64,000 nt of DNA from Antedon mediterranea (GCF_964355755.1 NC_092678.1:21469365-21533364), one strand, 5' to 3'. Positions 38,133-53,400 are shown, numbered from the stretch's first letter. A program made the numbers and translations. Notes: generated by a model from the letters alone, not told the origin.

Positions 38133-41100
38133 TTAGCTTGCATTGCCATCCTGTATAGTGTTGTATGATTTCATCTCTTGTTTTGTAATATTTCCATGTG
38201 ACCATTCTTGTTGCTCTGCTTTTGCAAATATTAGAAAGAAAATCATTGCAAAAATATGGAAAGCAGCAATTATTAAAAACATCAAAGACCACTGATTGGC
38301 TGTATTCTGGAAAAAAAACAACAAAAAAACTCAGATTTAAACTCGTAAACAGGACGCGTGATGGATGGTTGTTTCAATCAAACTTAATACTTACATCTTC
38401 TTTGATCAAAGCTCCAAGAATAAGTGGACCAATAAAACCAACCGCAGCGGCTCCGGTTGTTACCATTCCTACGATTATTTGTGAGTGTTCCTTTGATATC
38501 TCCATTATATTTGTAAATGTGCTCGTCGCATATATTCCACCAGAAGCAAACGCCACTGTAAGAAGTATAACAACGAGTGCATGGTTTTCAAAGAATCTAA
38601 TACAGCACAGACACAGGGCAGGTATTCCCATATCTACAAAAAAAAGTCATGGAAATTTGTACCAAAGTTTATAATCATAACATTTCTTCTGAGAATCATA
38701 ACAGAATGTTAACATTTCTATTTCAAAATATTTCTGTATAATAATAAACAAAATATAACGCAAAAGAAGGTGGGAATCTCCAAAAGGCAAGCCTGAGTTG
38801 GAGGAGTGTATCAATCAAGGTACGAACATTAAAAAAACAAACCACAAAAATTAACCGTTTCATCTTACGTACGATTATAAAAATTATAAAGCACTAAAAA
38901 CGAGTAAATGAATTAAATCATAATTAAAAAAAAAAATTATAACCCTTTAATCTTACGTAAAATCATAAAAAACTTCCTAGTATTTAGAACATTCATGTAT
39001 TCCCGCCGAATGATGACATCAGCAACCACACCAGACAGCAGGGTAACTGCAAATTCCAGAATCGGTGGAATTGATGTTAAAATTGCAATCTAGAAGTACA
39101 AAACAAAATGGTATAGTCCTAGGATCTCGCATTCTATGTTTCTGAAAATTAAAATTAACTGCACCACCGAAGGATGACGTCAAATAAAAAAGGTCAAAGC
39201 GACACCAGAGCTAGTAGACTTGCCCAAATTCTGTATAGTAGTGATTGTCTTGTTTAAGTCGGCGTTTGGATTTTTGTAAACAGAATACGGAATTGTGAGC
39301 TCAAGTATTATACGTCTCTGAAACACCATAGATGCAAAAATATTTGTCTTTTTACAAATCTCGGTCTAGAGGTTAGATGTAGAAAGAAGTAAAAAACAAA
39401 AGTGACTGCAGATTGCTACTGGAAAATGATATAGGCCTATATTTATAATATATATTTCCAATGTCTTACAGTTAGAAACCATGAATAAATAAATGGACAT
39501 AATTATTGTGTAAATGACATAAGTAAGACATTTTATTTTTGTGTTTTCCTAGGCTTTAGTTTATAAAAGTTGGAACAATAGTTTTTAATCTCCTATGCTG
39601 TCGTCAAATCCCTGAAGTTTAAGCAGAAAACGGATAAATGGATGAAAAGAGATTCACTTACATTTGTTGTATTAAATCCTAATAGAAATAACAAAATTGG
39701 TTCTTCAACAAGTATGAAGTAAAAACTGAAACAGTACGCCGTGTAAGCAAAGATGAGAGACCACACTGCAGTTGATGTCAACATATCACACCATGGAACC
39801 GGTATGTCCTACAAAGAAATACAGTTTGAATTGAATGTTGATCACAGCAAAGCAATCTAACAACGGTACACTGAGCTCACCTTACCAAGATAGGAACTCG
39901 TAACAGTCCTTTGATCTTATGTCTGGCTGCGACAAATACCAACAGTAACTGTACATAATTTCCGCGGCGCGCTGTGGAACTGATCGTGTCACAGACACAG
40001 ATAGCCATTTGATTCCTGAAGTTCAGCATCCTGTTGTTAGATTGCATTAATCACAACAGAATAAATGAAGGAGTAAGTCAACAGTGTACTACACCAGTCG
40101 CCTTAAGCGATTGGTTCCCACGAAACGACGCAGGCGCATGGGTCGGGCGCTACAATCGTATTCGGAAAATTCGCGTCCTGATTGGAACTTGCTGTGCGCT
40201 TTCAAGAACGAAGCGTTATGACAATTATAACAATGCATCATATTCAGTACCTTATTACTTGAGACTTTACCTTATTTTCTTCAAGTTGAAAACTTTTCAA
40301 ATATTCAACCTCATTCGTTGAAACATAAGGATCGTCAACCGGGTCGTCGTAAATGAAAGTTTTGAATATTATTGCGAATAAAACACCAACGGTACCTAAA
40401 AACAAGAAGAAAATGTTTTTTTAGAAAAAAGAACGCAAAAGAATATACAATGTAATTGAGGAGACCTCAACCTATAGGGGGGAGGGGGGGGTGTAAGAGA
40501 GTAAAAACTTACTGAAAGTGTAGTATGATGTCGGCCATCCACCTAAACGGGAAGAGTCAGAAATCCACGTAGATAGTGGGTAACAGAAAACTTCAGCTAT
40601 ACACGAGCCTGTAAAGAAAATAAACGGTATATACAGTTTGATTTCATCAGGTTTCGATTTAACCTTCGTTCTAAATACCCTTCTGTCCCCCACATCGATC
40701 GTTGTTTCAACTTTTAGCTTTTACAATGTCAGTTGCCTCTACAAGGCGGGAAACTGAAACAGACTTGAATGTGTGAAAAATTAGAGATTTCTTTTTTTTA
40801 AACTTTAACATTGGTTCCTACTATCTGGGAATAACGCGATGACGTAAGCGAAACGCAATTAATTTGACAAATCACAAGCGATGGATTATTAATGCTGTCA
40901 ACTCACGTCTCACGTGTGTTACGTATACGTCCTTTTTAGGCAGGATGATTTCCTCACTCTATACTCTAATAATCTAGGCCATAGCTTTCTGTTACGCCAT
41001 GAGTCGAACTTACCAGAAAATGCAATAGATACTAATGTACTCCGTTCAGACGGAACAATCCATTTTCGTAAAGTGATGTATATCGCTGGCATGCCTATTC

Positions 41101-44100
41101 CCTGAAAGTAAAATGTCTAAAATGATAACGTTTTCAGAAACGTATTACCGTTACGCAACACATCATGTAGTCATTTTATGGTGTTTTACGTTTTGGGGGT
41201 GTTAGTAACGTACGTGTTACGCACTATCGCCATTGTCGTCTGAAACGTTATTGTTATAACGGTATAGTGTTGTTACGGTAAATAATGCGTAAACGTATGG
41301 TACGCAAGACACACATCACATTATTTTCATTGTTTATTGGGTGTGTTGCGTAATGCTGTTTGACGCACTACAGCCATTGTTTTCTGAAAGGGTTTTGTGT
41401 GTGAGCGTGTAAATAGTGGGTAAACGTTACCGTCCTTGTGAAAATGCTGGAGTACAAAAGTGCAAATATCTTAGTTACTAACTTCTATGAAGCCTTGTAA
41501 AACCCGTACGATGGTCAGGAGACTGGTCCCAACGTCTGCAGCCCACGGGATCATGGCACACAACAAACTTTCCAACAGAAGAACTATTAAAATTGATCGT
41601 TTTCCACCAATTTTACCAGCAAACCAACCGCCCGGCAGTCCGCCTATTATATAGCCGTAAAAAATCGATCCAAGTATTTGCTGTTGTGTTTGGTCGTCCC
41701 AATCATAGGTTGGTATCTGGAAAACGAAATCGTAAACACAGAATATCTAATCACTATAATGTGTAGAACACGCGATTAGATTTATTATTTCCATTTTATC
41801 TAAATCAAAACCGACCATAACTCAGAAAACTAAACTTGTTTGCAAGGACCGAAATTGTGTTCTAGAGAACGAAAACGTAAATACAAATAAGCAAATATTA
41901 ACTGTATATCTATAAAATGAAAACGTAACCGAAATTTGTGTTGTTTTAGTTGAGTTTCAATGTTTATAAATATCTCTGAAACCGATCTCATGACATAACT
42001 CAGAAAACTAAACGAATTAACGAGTTGTATCACCCACTAACGTAAGAAAAACCAACCACTAATGTAACAATCCATTTACCACTAACGTAACAAGTTTAAC
42101 AGGGGAAAATATTAAGAAATCGTAAACATTAAAAACTCTTTATCATCATATGTTTTGATTCGAATGTTGGAAATCTAGGAATTGAGTTTATTCATGTTTG
42201 TTTGTTCGTCAGCTCTTTAACTGGATAATTAATAGTGTTACACCTATATAATATATACATTTACGTAAGGGCAAAATTCGGTAAATCGCGCGTTACTTCT
42301 AGAATTTTTACTCGATGGTATAAAGTTGGTTCACTCTTTTGGTACTGATTTTAACCACCTGATGTAACCCTGTTTACTAATTAAGTTGAGTTAGATAATT
42401 AATTATTGACGAATAAAACGAATTTAGGTTCAACGATTTGCCCCAAATAGGGGTGTTTTCCGATCGTGGTATACACTGTCTAATGGATGTCCATCTTGAA
42501 AAATACCCGCCAAAATGATACGAGGATGCTTCGCATTTACCTATCTCCTCCGATAATTGTTTTTAATAGCTGGCAATTGGTTAAACAGCTCGAGTACAGC
42601 ACCATAATGTTGAAGACAAGTCGATTTTTAAAAAAAAAAATACTATAAAATTGGTGACTGCAGAAGTGAGATATCGGTATTTTTACTCGGGGTACCCAAG
42701 TCTAGGACTCACTCATCTTCTCCTCCTCCTCTTCTTCCTCTTCTTCCTCTTCCATCAGGACACTATATATTGAGCCAACTTCTAAGTCCTACTAGTTCTT
42801 TACGCGTCGTCTGACGGCTCTGAAACATGGCATGCATATACTAAGGTAGGTGAACAAAGCTATAGAGAGAAAATGTTCGTACTTCGAGTGGCGGATGGAG
42901 AATTATGACGTCATAAACCTGGTATCAATCGAAAAAAAGTGCGATTTATAAAGAACTACTTCTCCTTTCTTATAACGTCATTACAGCTTCTTTTGCTGTA
43001 CCCCCCGAGTATCGCACATGCGTGGTTGTTGTAGAGATAACAGATAATAAGCTAGCGTTTTAGTCGCCGTCTATATCTGTACAATCAGCTTTGTTATTGC
43101 AGTTCAACCACCACCACCCACACCACCACCCTTCCCCTCAATGTCATGAGTATAGCGTTGTAAAGACAGCACTTCTTATTTCAATCAGACACGGATAAAA
43201 TATAAAATTATTATAATATGTAACACTGAAAATGCTATTAAGACCAGTAGAGTATGAGTATATATTATATATAATATTCCTTAATTGCAAGACGTTGTTG
43301 TAAGAAAACAATCCATGTTTGATACGAATTTTATAAATATGAAGATAGCAATCCATCATAAAAATAATGAGACAGGAATGTGGCACAGGCCGATACCATG
43401 CAATACAGACAATTCAAGTCTAAAGTTTTATTTTAATTTTAAAATTTATTTATTTATTTTTTATCTATTTATTCAATTTCTGCCATATACATTACAAAGA
43501 AGACAAAATAATTATAAAAGGAGGCACGGAAAAACCAAACAAGTGCTAAACACCTATGCTAGTTTGTCAACCCAGAACTCAGAATTCTCATGATGGCAAT
43601 TATATTTGGCTACAGATTACATCGTGTTTGACTATATTCATTCGCTCTGTGTTCATTTTTACAATTTCCAGTTAATTATTAACACTAAATTTCAAGAAGC
43701 CATCTGGGCAATTGAAAGAGCGTATGTATACATTTACGTAAGGACGTAGGTTTTTATAGGACGTATTTAGAGTTTTATTCTTATTCGACGGACATTTCAT
43801 CGCGCTTAACCTTTTTTCTCAATAATTTAGAAAGTGGGTTTATACTTTCCGTACTAAATCGTATCAGCAATCAGAAACCATTAGGCCTACTAATTAAGTT
43901 GAATTAGATAATTATTTATTGATGATTAAAGAGAATTTAGTTTAAATGATTTGCCTCGAAGATAGGTGTTTTTCACAACTGTTTTACATTATATAAACAC
44001 ATAATATACAAATAAACTTTATTACTGACAGTTGCTTCACAACGTTTGTATTAATTAATACTGTAATTACAAAAAATATAAACGTCGTAGTGGTGTATCG

Positions 44101-45481
44101 TTTCATCCTACTTTACTATTTCAATCGACTAAAAAACACACAGGATTAAAACTGAGAGATTTCCAACTTAAAGGAAGTTCAAACATATCTCAACATTTTC
44201 TACTGTTGCTACGTTTGTGGTTACATTTTGCTACGTTAGTGATTAATGAAGTTGGTTACGTTAGTGGTTAAACTGTTGTTACGTTAGTGGTTAATGAAGT
44301 TTGTGACGTAAGTGGTTAAACTGTTGTTACGTTAGTGGTTACATTTTGTTACGGTAGTGGTTAATGAAGTTGGTTACGTTAGTGGTTAAACTGTTGTTAC
44401 GTTAGTGCTTAGATTTGTTACGTTAGTGGTTAATGAAGTTTGTGACGTAAGTGGTTAAACTGTTGTTACGTTAGTGGTTAATGAAGTTTGTTACGTTAGT
44501 GTTTAGATTTGTTACGTTAGTGGGTAATGAAGTTTGTGACGTAAGTGGTTAAACTGTTGTTACGGTAGTGGTTAATGAAGTTTGTCACGTTAGTAGTTTA
44601 ACTGTTGTTACGTTAGTGGTTAATGAAATTGTTACATTAGTGGTTGATTTTTGTTACGTTAGTGGTTATATTAATGTTACGTTAGTGGTTATATTAATGT
44701 TACGTTAGTGGTTATATTAATGTTACGTTAGTGGTTATATTAATGTTACGTTAGTGGTTATATTAATGTTACGTTAGTGGTTATATTAATGTTACGTTAG
44801 TGGTTATATTAATGTTACGTTAGTGGTTATATTAATGTTACGTTAGTGGTTATATTAATGTTACGTTAGTGGTTATATTAATGTTACGTTAGTGGTTATA
44901 TTAATGTTACGTTAGTGGTTATATTAATGTTACGTTAGTGGTTATATTAATGTTACGTTAGTGGTTATATTAATGTTACGTTAGTGGTTATATTAATGTT
45001 ACGTTAGTGGTTATATTAATGTTACGTTAGTGGTTATATTAATGTTACGTTAGTGGTTATATTAATGTTACGTTAGTGGGTGGTGATACACGAGTAATCA
45101 TTATTTATTTTTTTATTTCTTTGTTCTGACATAAAATCAATAGGATAAAAACACAATAAAGTACCGATACGGCAAACTTATTTCCATTGTGGTCCTAAAC
45201 AAATATTACAGAATAAACAAGAAAATCACACTTAATTAAACATAATAAAACATACAAATGTCATCCATGACAGAATTGAAAGAAGGCCGATGGCTTGAGC
45301 TTACCGAGTTTGTTGCACTGGCATTCGAAATCTCATTACATGTATTATTTGATTCCAATTCTTCTGTGGTGGCATTCCATCTTTTTACCATGCTTATTAT
45401 AGTAATGTTGATGTTCAATCTGGTACAAGTAACACAAATACAAGCTACACAACACGATACTGCTACAAAATATCGTTTCAT
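38133..45481 (-). CDS. SLC17-family transporter copy E, 9 exons, ~470 aa
   Basis: Exons 45305-45481, 41483-41716, 41014-41101, 40513-40608, 40271-40395, 39662-39808, 38957-39089, 38395-38633 and 38133-38306. Confidence 0.87.
42026..45090. mobile_element. TG...CA inverted-repeat element with CGAGT TSD (copy in E, ~3.06 kb, no LINE inserts)
   Basis: CGAGT at 42021-42025 and 45091-45095 flank TGTATCACC...GGTGATACA. Confidence 0.78.
44669..45078. repeat. Perfect 23-bp tandem expansion x~18
   Basis: (TATTAATGTTACGTTAGTGGTTA)n. D and F carry only a single such unit. Confidence 0.93.
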
Positions 45482-45542
45482 TTTGAAACTAATTGGTATT
45501 TGAATTTAGAAGGGAATGTGAATTGGAAGCTATACTTATTAA

Positions 45543-46445
45543 CACTTTGACTGCACAACGCTTGACTGCCAAACACACGAAGATCTTCGTGTTTCGCGTT
45601 TTTTTACGAAATCCGGTAGATAGGTTAATTATTGGTATATACTATAAATATGGACACTATATTCGGTCTCGACCGTTAATATTTTACTTTTTGAAAGTAA
45701 CTAATCTGGTTACGAACGATTGTCAAAATGGTACCTGTCGAAATAACATACACCGCGCATCACAGCGCAATATGAAGTCTTTAATTTTATTATTGTATGT
45801 ATACCCTAATTGTTTTGGTGTTTCACTGTAAGTGGCCGAGTTTAACGCAACAGACTTGTTTAGAAATGGTATGAACATTATCATCAGTTTACTAGCTAGG
45901 CTCTAGTACGTGTACTATAGAGACTAGCCTAGGCCTAGTCGTAAAACGGCTCCGGGCCAAATTTAGGCCTAGAGTTAACTAGGCCTGGTGTCTTTACTAT
46001 GTGGATTTTGGCGAAACATTGATGTAAGATTATGATTTATAAAATGTAATACATTTTTCGATAGTGATAACTTGTTTTTATAGGCCTATCGGTGCCGTGT
46101 AACGGTGTAAGTAACTTTTTCGCTGTTTGTTGATCTCACCGGGCGATATTTTCATATTGTGATGTCTTGCACAAAATCGCGAATATCTCGACTTTCTTGC
46201 GCGAAACTACGAAAAACTCAAAAAGTGGGTTACTTTCATTTTACTATTACGATTTACATATTGCGATTTGAAAATCGTTCTTGGTACCATTGTAAATCTA
46301 AAATCTTTATGATTATTTTAGTCTTAATTACATGTAAATCAGATCAGATACATAGTATCAATCAGCATTAATAAAAACATCGAATTGAGCTAAAAACGCT
46401 GGCGGTGGCAGTTTCTAACTGGAAAAACCTCTGGCAGTCAAAGTG
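45543..46445. mobile_element. piggyBac-like non-autonomous element just upstream of the copy E start codon
   Basis: TTAA|CACTTTGACTGC ... GCAGTCAAAGTG|TTTA. Absent from the homologous site in D (~37155). Confidence 0.72.
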
Positions 46446-47426
46446 TTTAGTTTAGTGGTGGTAGTGGCTTGTTTTGTAGCCTTTTATTATCTATCAAACG
46501 TAGTCGTTTGTGTTGAAGAAAGAACAATTAGGGACTTTACGACGATTATCTTGTGTTCGCTAGAGCGTAAAAAGGTCAGTCATTTTAGCCTAAAATTTAG
46601 CCAAACATGGAACTAATTGCAACAGAATGTTTGTCAATCAATGCGATGCATTTCTTTAAGGTCCAAGAACACCATACTAAAAGTCCCAACAAATTCTAAT
46701 AGGGAACCAACATTCAATAATTTGACATTGAATTTTTGAATTGTTGACTTCTAAACGGCATATACGAATGCTTTAAAGTTGCAGAGTGGCCCGTGGGCTT
46801 TCATTCGAAAAAGGTTACAATTTGATTTATTGCTGTTATTTTGCATAATAATTCTATATACTAGCAAGTAGCATACTTTAAATGGCCGCTAAATGTGTTT
46901 ATTGATCCTATTATCTCATGCTGGTTTCTGGTTTATATTATGACTAATGTTTCAATATACCTTTTTAAGTAGAAAGATATTTTGTGTCTTTTTGATAGGT
47001 GGTACAAGCATGTTTAGAATGGTTCTGAATATCATAAATATCGGCCACCAGAATTAAATTTAGTTATCCTCCTTAACATACCGGTACTATGTACACAACA
47101 AAAACCAATTGATAAATATCCAGAGAGAGAGAACATACCGGTACTATGTACATAACAAAAATCAATTTATTCCGAGAATTATCAGACTATAAAAACAAAT
47201 TATTTTACATGGTACAATTTTGACTCTTTAACAATGATAGTGATTGTTCTAATTTAATTAGTCACCGCTTTCATCTTGTATAGTGTCTTAAGCTGCCATC
47301 AGCAGACGTAATACCACATGTTGTTTAACGTCACTATACGTAATATAGCAGGATGTTTCACGTCGATAGACGTGATACAGAGTGTTTTTACGTCGCTAGA
47401 CGTAATACCGTACGAGAATTTGCTTG

Positions 47427-50400
47427 TTAGCTTGCATTGCCATCCTGTATAGTGTTGTATGATTTCATCTCTTGTTTTGTAATATTTCCATGTGACCATT
47501 CTTGTTGCTCTGCTTTTGCAAATATTAAAAAGAAAATCATTGCAAAAATATGGAAAGCAGCAATTATTCTAAACATCAAAGACCACTGATTGGCTGTATT
47601 CTGGAAAAAAAACAAACAAAAAAACTCAGATTTAAACTCGTAAACAGGACGCGTGATGGATGGTTGTTTCAATCAAACTTAATACTTACATCTTCTTTGA
47701 TCAAAGCTCCAAGAATAAGTGGACCAATAAAACCAACCGCAGCGGCTCCAGTTGTCACCATTCCTACGATTATTTGTGAGTGTTCCTTTGATATCTCCAT
47801 TATATTTGTAAATGTGCTCGTCGCATATATTCCACCGGAAGCAAACGCCACTGTAAGAAGTATAACAACGAGTGCATGGTTTTCAAAGAATCCAATACAG
47901 CACAGACACAGGGCAGGTATTCCCATATCTACAAAAAAAGTCAAGGAAATTCGTACCAAAGTTTATAATACAAACCTATCAAAATAAACATTTATTTCCT
48001 TCAAAAGCAGAAACAAAAACAATGAAACGTAAACAGATTTAAAGAAAATGTACCGTACAAATCATAAAATTTCTTCTGAGAATCATAACAGAATGTTAAC
48101 ATTTCTATTTCAAAATATTTCTGTATAATAAAAAAAATATAACGCAAAAGAAGGTGGGAATCTCCAAAAGGCAAGCCTGAGTTGGAGGAGTGTATCAATC
48201 AAGATACAAACATTAAATAAACAAACCACAAAAATTAACCGTTTCATCTTACGTACGATTATAAAAATTATAAAGCACTAAAAACGAGTAAATGAATTAA
48301 ATCATAATTTAAAAAAAAAAAAGTTATAACCCTTTAATCTTACGTAAAATCATAAAAAACTTCCTAGTATTTAGAACATTCATGTATTCCCGCCGAATGA
48401 TGACATCAGCAACCACACCAGACAGCAGGGTAACTGCAAATTCCAGAATCGGTGGAATTGATGTTAAAATTGCAATCTAGAAGTACAAAACAAAATGGTA
48501 TAGTCCTATAAGGATGCATTCTATGTTTCTGAAAATTAAAATTAACTGCACCACCGAAGGATGACGTCAACTAAAAAAGGTCAAAGCGACACCAGAGCTA
48601 GTAGACTTGCCCAAATTCTGTATAGTAGTGATTGTCTTGTTTAAGTCGGCGTTTGGATTTTTGTAAACAGAATACGGAATTGTGAGCTCAAGTATTATAC
48701 GTCTCTGAAACACCATAGATGCAAAAATATTTGTCTTTTTACAAATCTCGGTCTAGAGGTAGATGTAGAAAGAAGTAAAAAACAAAAGTGACTGCAGATT
48801 GCTACTGGAAAATGGGCCTATATTTATATATATTTCCTATGTCTTACAGTTATAAACTATGAATAAATAAATGGACATAATTATTGTGTAAATGACATAA
48901 GTAAGACATTTTATTTTTGTGCTTTCCTACGTTTTAGTTTATAAAAGTTGGAACAATAGTTTTTAATCTCCTATGCTGTCGACAAATCCCTGAAGTTTAA
49001 GCAGAAAGCGGATAAATGGATAAAAAGAGATTCACTTACATTTGTTGTATTAAATCCTAATAGAAATAACAAAATTGGTTCTTCAACAAGTATGAAGTAA
49101 AAACTGAAACAGTACGCCGTGTAAGCAAAGATGAGAGACCACACTGCAGTTGATGTCAACATATCACACCATGGAACCGGTATGTCCTACAAAGAAATAC
49201 AGTTTGAATTTAATGTTGATCACAGCAAAGCAATCTAACAACGGTACACTGAGCTCACCTTACAAAGATAGGAACTCGCAACAGTCCTTTGATCTTATGT
49301 CTGGCTGCGACAAATACCAACAGTAACTGTACATAATTTCCGCGGCGCGCTGTGTCTGTTGAGGGGCGTGGAACAGATCGTGTCGCAGCCACAGATAGCC
49401 ATTTGATTCCTGAAGTGCAGCATCCTGTTGTTAGATTGCATTAATCACAACAGAATAAATGAAGGAGTAAGTCAACAGTGTACTACACCAGTCGCCTTAA
49501 GAGATTGGTTCCCACGAAACGACGCAGGCGCATGGGTCGGGCGCTACAATCGTATTCGGAAAATTCGCGTCCTGATTGGAACTTGCTGTGCGCTTTCAAG
49601 AACGAAGCGTTACGACAATTATAACAATGCATCATATTCAGTACCTTATTACTTGAGACTTTACCTTATTTTCTTCAAGTTGAAAACTTTTCAAATATTC
49701 AACCTCATTCGTTGAAACATAAGGATCGTCAACCGGGTCGTCGTAAATGAAAGTTTTGAATATTATTGCGAATAAAACACCAACGGTACCTAAAAACAAG
49801 AAGAAAATGTTTTTTTAGAAAAAAGAACGCAAAAGAATATACAATGTAATTGAGGAGACCTCAACCTATATGGGGGAGGGGGGGGGGGGTGTAAGAGAGT
49901 AAAAACTTACTGAAAGTGTAGTATGATGTCGGCCATCCACCTAAACGGGAAGAGTCAGAAATCCACGTAGATAGTGGGTAACAGAAAACTTCAGCTATAC
50001 ACGAGCCTGTAAAGAAAGTAAACGGTATATACAGTTTGATTTCATCAGGTTTCGATTTAACCTTCGTTCTAAATACCCTTCTGTCCCCCACATCGATCGT
50101 TGTTTCAACTTTTAGCTTTTACAATGTCAGTTGCCTCTACAAGGCGGGAAACTGAAACAGATTTGAATGTGTGAAAAATTAGAGATTTCTTTTTTTTAAA
50201 CTTTAACATTGGTTCCTACTATCTGGGAATAACGCGATGACGTAAGCGAAACGCAATTAATTTGACAAATCACAAGCGATGGATTATTAATGCTGTCAAC
50301 TCACGTCTCACGTGTGTTACGTATACGTCCTTTTTAGGCAGGATGATTTCCTCACTCTATACTCTAATAATCTAGGCCATAGCTTTCTGTTACGCCATGA

Positions 50401-53400
50401 GTCGAACTTACCAGAAAATGCAATAGATACTAATGTACTCCGTTCAGACGGAACAATCCATTTTCGTAAAGTGATGTATATCGCTGGCATGCCTATTCCC
50501 TGAAAGTAAAATGTCTAAAATGATAACGTTTTCAGAAACGTATTACCGTTACGCAACACATCATGTAGTCATTTTATGGTGTTTTACGTTTTGGGGGTGT
50601 TAGTAACGTACGTGTTACGCACTATCGCCATTGTCGTCTGAAACGTTATTGTTATAACGGTATAGTGTTGTTACGGTAAATAATGCGTAAACGTATGGTA
50701 CGCAAGACACACATCACATTATTTTCATTGTTTATTGGGTGTGTTGCGTAATGCTGTTTGACGCACTACAGCCATTGTTTTCTGAAAGGGTTTTGTGTGT
50801 GAGCGTGTAAATAGTGGGTAAACGTTACCGTCCTTGTGAAAATGCTGGAGTACAAAAGTGCAAATATCTTAGTTACTAACTTCTATGAAGCCTTGTAAAA
50901 CCCGTACGATGGTCAGGAGACTGGTCCCAACGTCTGCAGCCCACGGGATCATGGCACACAACAAACTTTCCAACAGAAGAACTATTAAAATTGATCGTTT
51001 TCCGCCAATTTTACCAGCAAACCAACCGCCCGGCAGTCCGCCTATTATATAGCCGTAAAAAATCGATCCAAGTATTTGCTGTTGTGTTTGGTCGTCCCAA
51101 TCATAGGTTGGTATCTGGAAAACGAAATCGTAAACACAGAATATCTAATCACTATAATGTGTAGAACACGCGATTAGATTTATTATTTCCATTTTATCTA
51201 AATCAAAACCGACCATAACTCAGAAAACTAAACTTGTTTGCAAGGACCGAAATTGTGTTCTAGAGAACGAAAACGTAAATACAAATAAGCAAATATTAAC
51301 TGTATATCTATAAAATGAAAACGTAACCGAAATTTGTGTTGTTTTAGTTGAGTTTCAATGTTTATAAATATCTCTGAAACCGATCTCATGACATAACTCA
51401 GAAAACTAAACGAATTAACGAGTTGTATCACCCACTAACGTAAGAAAAACCAACCACTAATGTAACAATCCATTTACCACTAACGTAACAAGTTTAACAG
51501 GGGAAAATATTAAGAAATCGTAAACATTAAAAACTCTTTATCATCATATGTTTTGATTCGAATGTTGGAAATCTAGGAATTGAGTTTATTCATGTTTGTT
51601 TATTCGTCAGCTCTTTAACTGGATAATTAATAGTGTTACACCTATATAATATATACATTTACGTAAGGGCAAAATTCGGTAAATCGCGCGTTACTTCTAG
51701 AATTTTTACTCGATGGTATAAAGTTGGTTCACTCTTTTGGTACTGATTTTAACCACCTGATGTAACCCTGTTTACTAATTAAGTTGAGTTAGATAATTAA
51801 TTATTGACGAATAAAACGAATTTAGGTTCAACGATTTGCCCCAAATAGGGGTGTTTTCCGATCGTGGTATACACTGTCTAATGGATGTCCATCTTGAAAA
51901 ATACCCGCCAAAATGATACGAGGATCGATGCTTCGCATTTACCTATCTCCTCCGATAATTGTTTTTAATAGCTGGCAATTGGTTAAACAGCTCGAGTACA
52001 GCACCATAATGTTGAAGACAAGTCGATTTTTAAAAAAAAAAATACTATAAAATTGGTGACTGCAGAAGTGAGATATCGGTATTTTTACTCGGGGTACCCA
52101 AGTCTAGGACTCACTCATCTTCTCCTCCTCCTCTTCTTCCTCTTCTTCCTCTTCCATCAGGACACTATATATTGAGCCAACTTCTAAGTCCTACTAGTTC
52201 TTTACGCGTCGTCTGACGGCTCTGAAACATGGCATGCATATACTAAGGTAGGTGAACAAAGCTATAGAGAGAAAATGTTCGTACTTCGAGTGGCGGATGG
52301 AGAATTATGACGTCATAAACCTGGTATCAATCGAAAAAAAGTGCGATTTATAAAGAACTACTTCTCCTTTCTTATAACGTCATTACAGCTTCTTTTGCTG
52401 TACCCCCCGAGTATCGCACATGCGTGGTTGTTGTAGAGATAACAGATAATAAGCTAGCGTTTTAGTCGCCGTCTATATCTGTACAATCAGCTTTGTTATT
52501 GCAGTTCAACCACCACCACCCACACCACCACCCTTCCCCTCAATGTCATGAGTATAGCGTTGTAAAGACAGCACTTCTTATTTCAATCAGACACGGATAA
52601 AATATAAAATTATTATAATATGTAACACTGAAAATGCTATTAAGACCAGTAGAGTATGAGTATATATTATATATAATATTCCTTAATTGCAAGACGTTGT
52701 TGTAAGAAAACAATCCATGTTTGATACGAATTTTATAAATATGAAGATAGCAATCCATCATAAAAATAATGAGACAGGAATGTGGCACAGGCCGATACCA
52801 TGCAATACAGACAATTCAAGTCTAAAGTTTTATTTTAATTTTAAAATTTATTTATTTATTTTTTATCTATTTATTCAATTTCTGCCATATACATTACAAA
52901 GAAGACAAAATAATTATAAAAGGAGGCACGGAAAAACCAAACAGGTGCTAAACACCTATGCTAGTTTGTCAACCCAGAACTCAGAATTCTCATGATGGCA
53001 ATTATATTTGGCTACAGATTACATCGTGTTTGACTATATTCATTCGCTCTGTGTTCATTTTTACAATTTCCAGTTAATTATTAAAACTAAATTTCAAGAA
53101 GCCATCTGGGCAATTGAAAGAGCGTATGTATACATTTACGTAAGGACGTAGGTTTTTATAGGACGTATTTAGAGTTTTGTTCTTATTCGACGGACATTTC
53201 ATCGCGCTTAACCTTTTTTCTCAATAATTTAGAAAGTGGGTTTATACTTTCCGTACTAAATCGTATCAGCAATCAGAAACCATTAGGCCTACTAATTAAG
53301 TTGAATTAGATATTTATTGATGATTAAAAGAGAATTTAGTTTAAATGATTTTCCTCGAAGATAGGTGTTTTTCACAACTGTTTTACATTATATAAACACA

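Noticed and set aside
38198-38674. + strand ORFs overlapping transporter exons (also 2945, 11700, 25247, 47550, 36880)
   Set aside because: These are antisense shadows of the minus-strand SLC17 exons.
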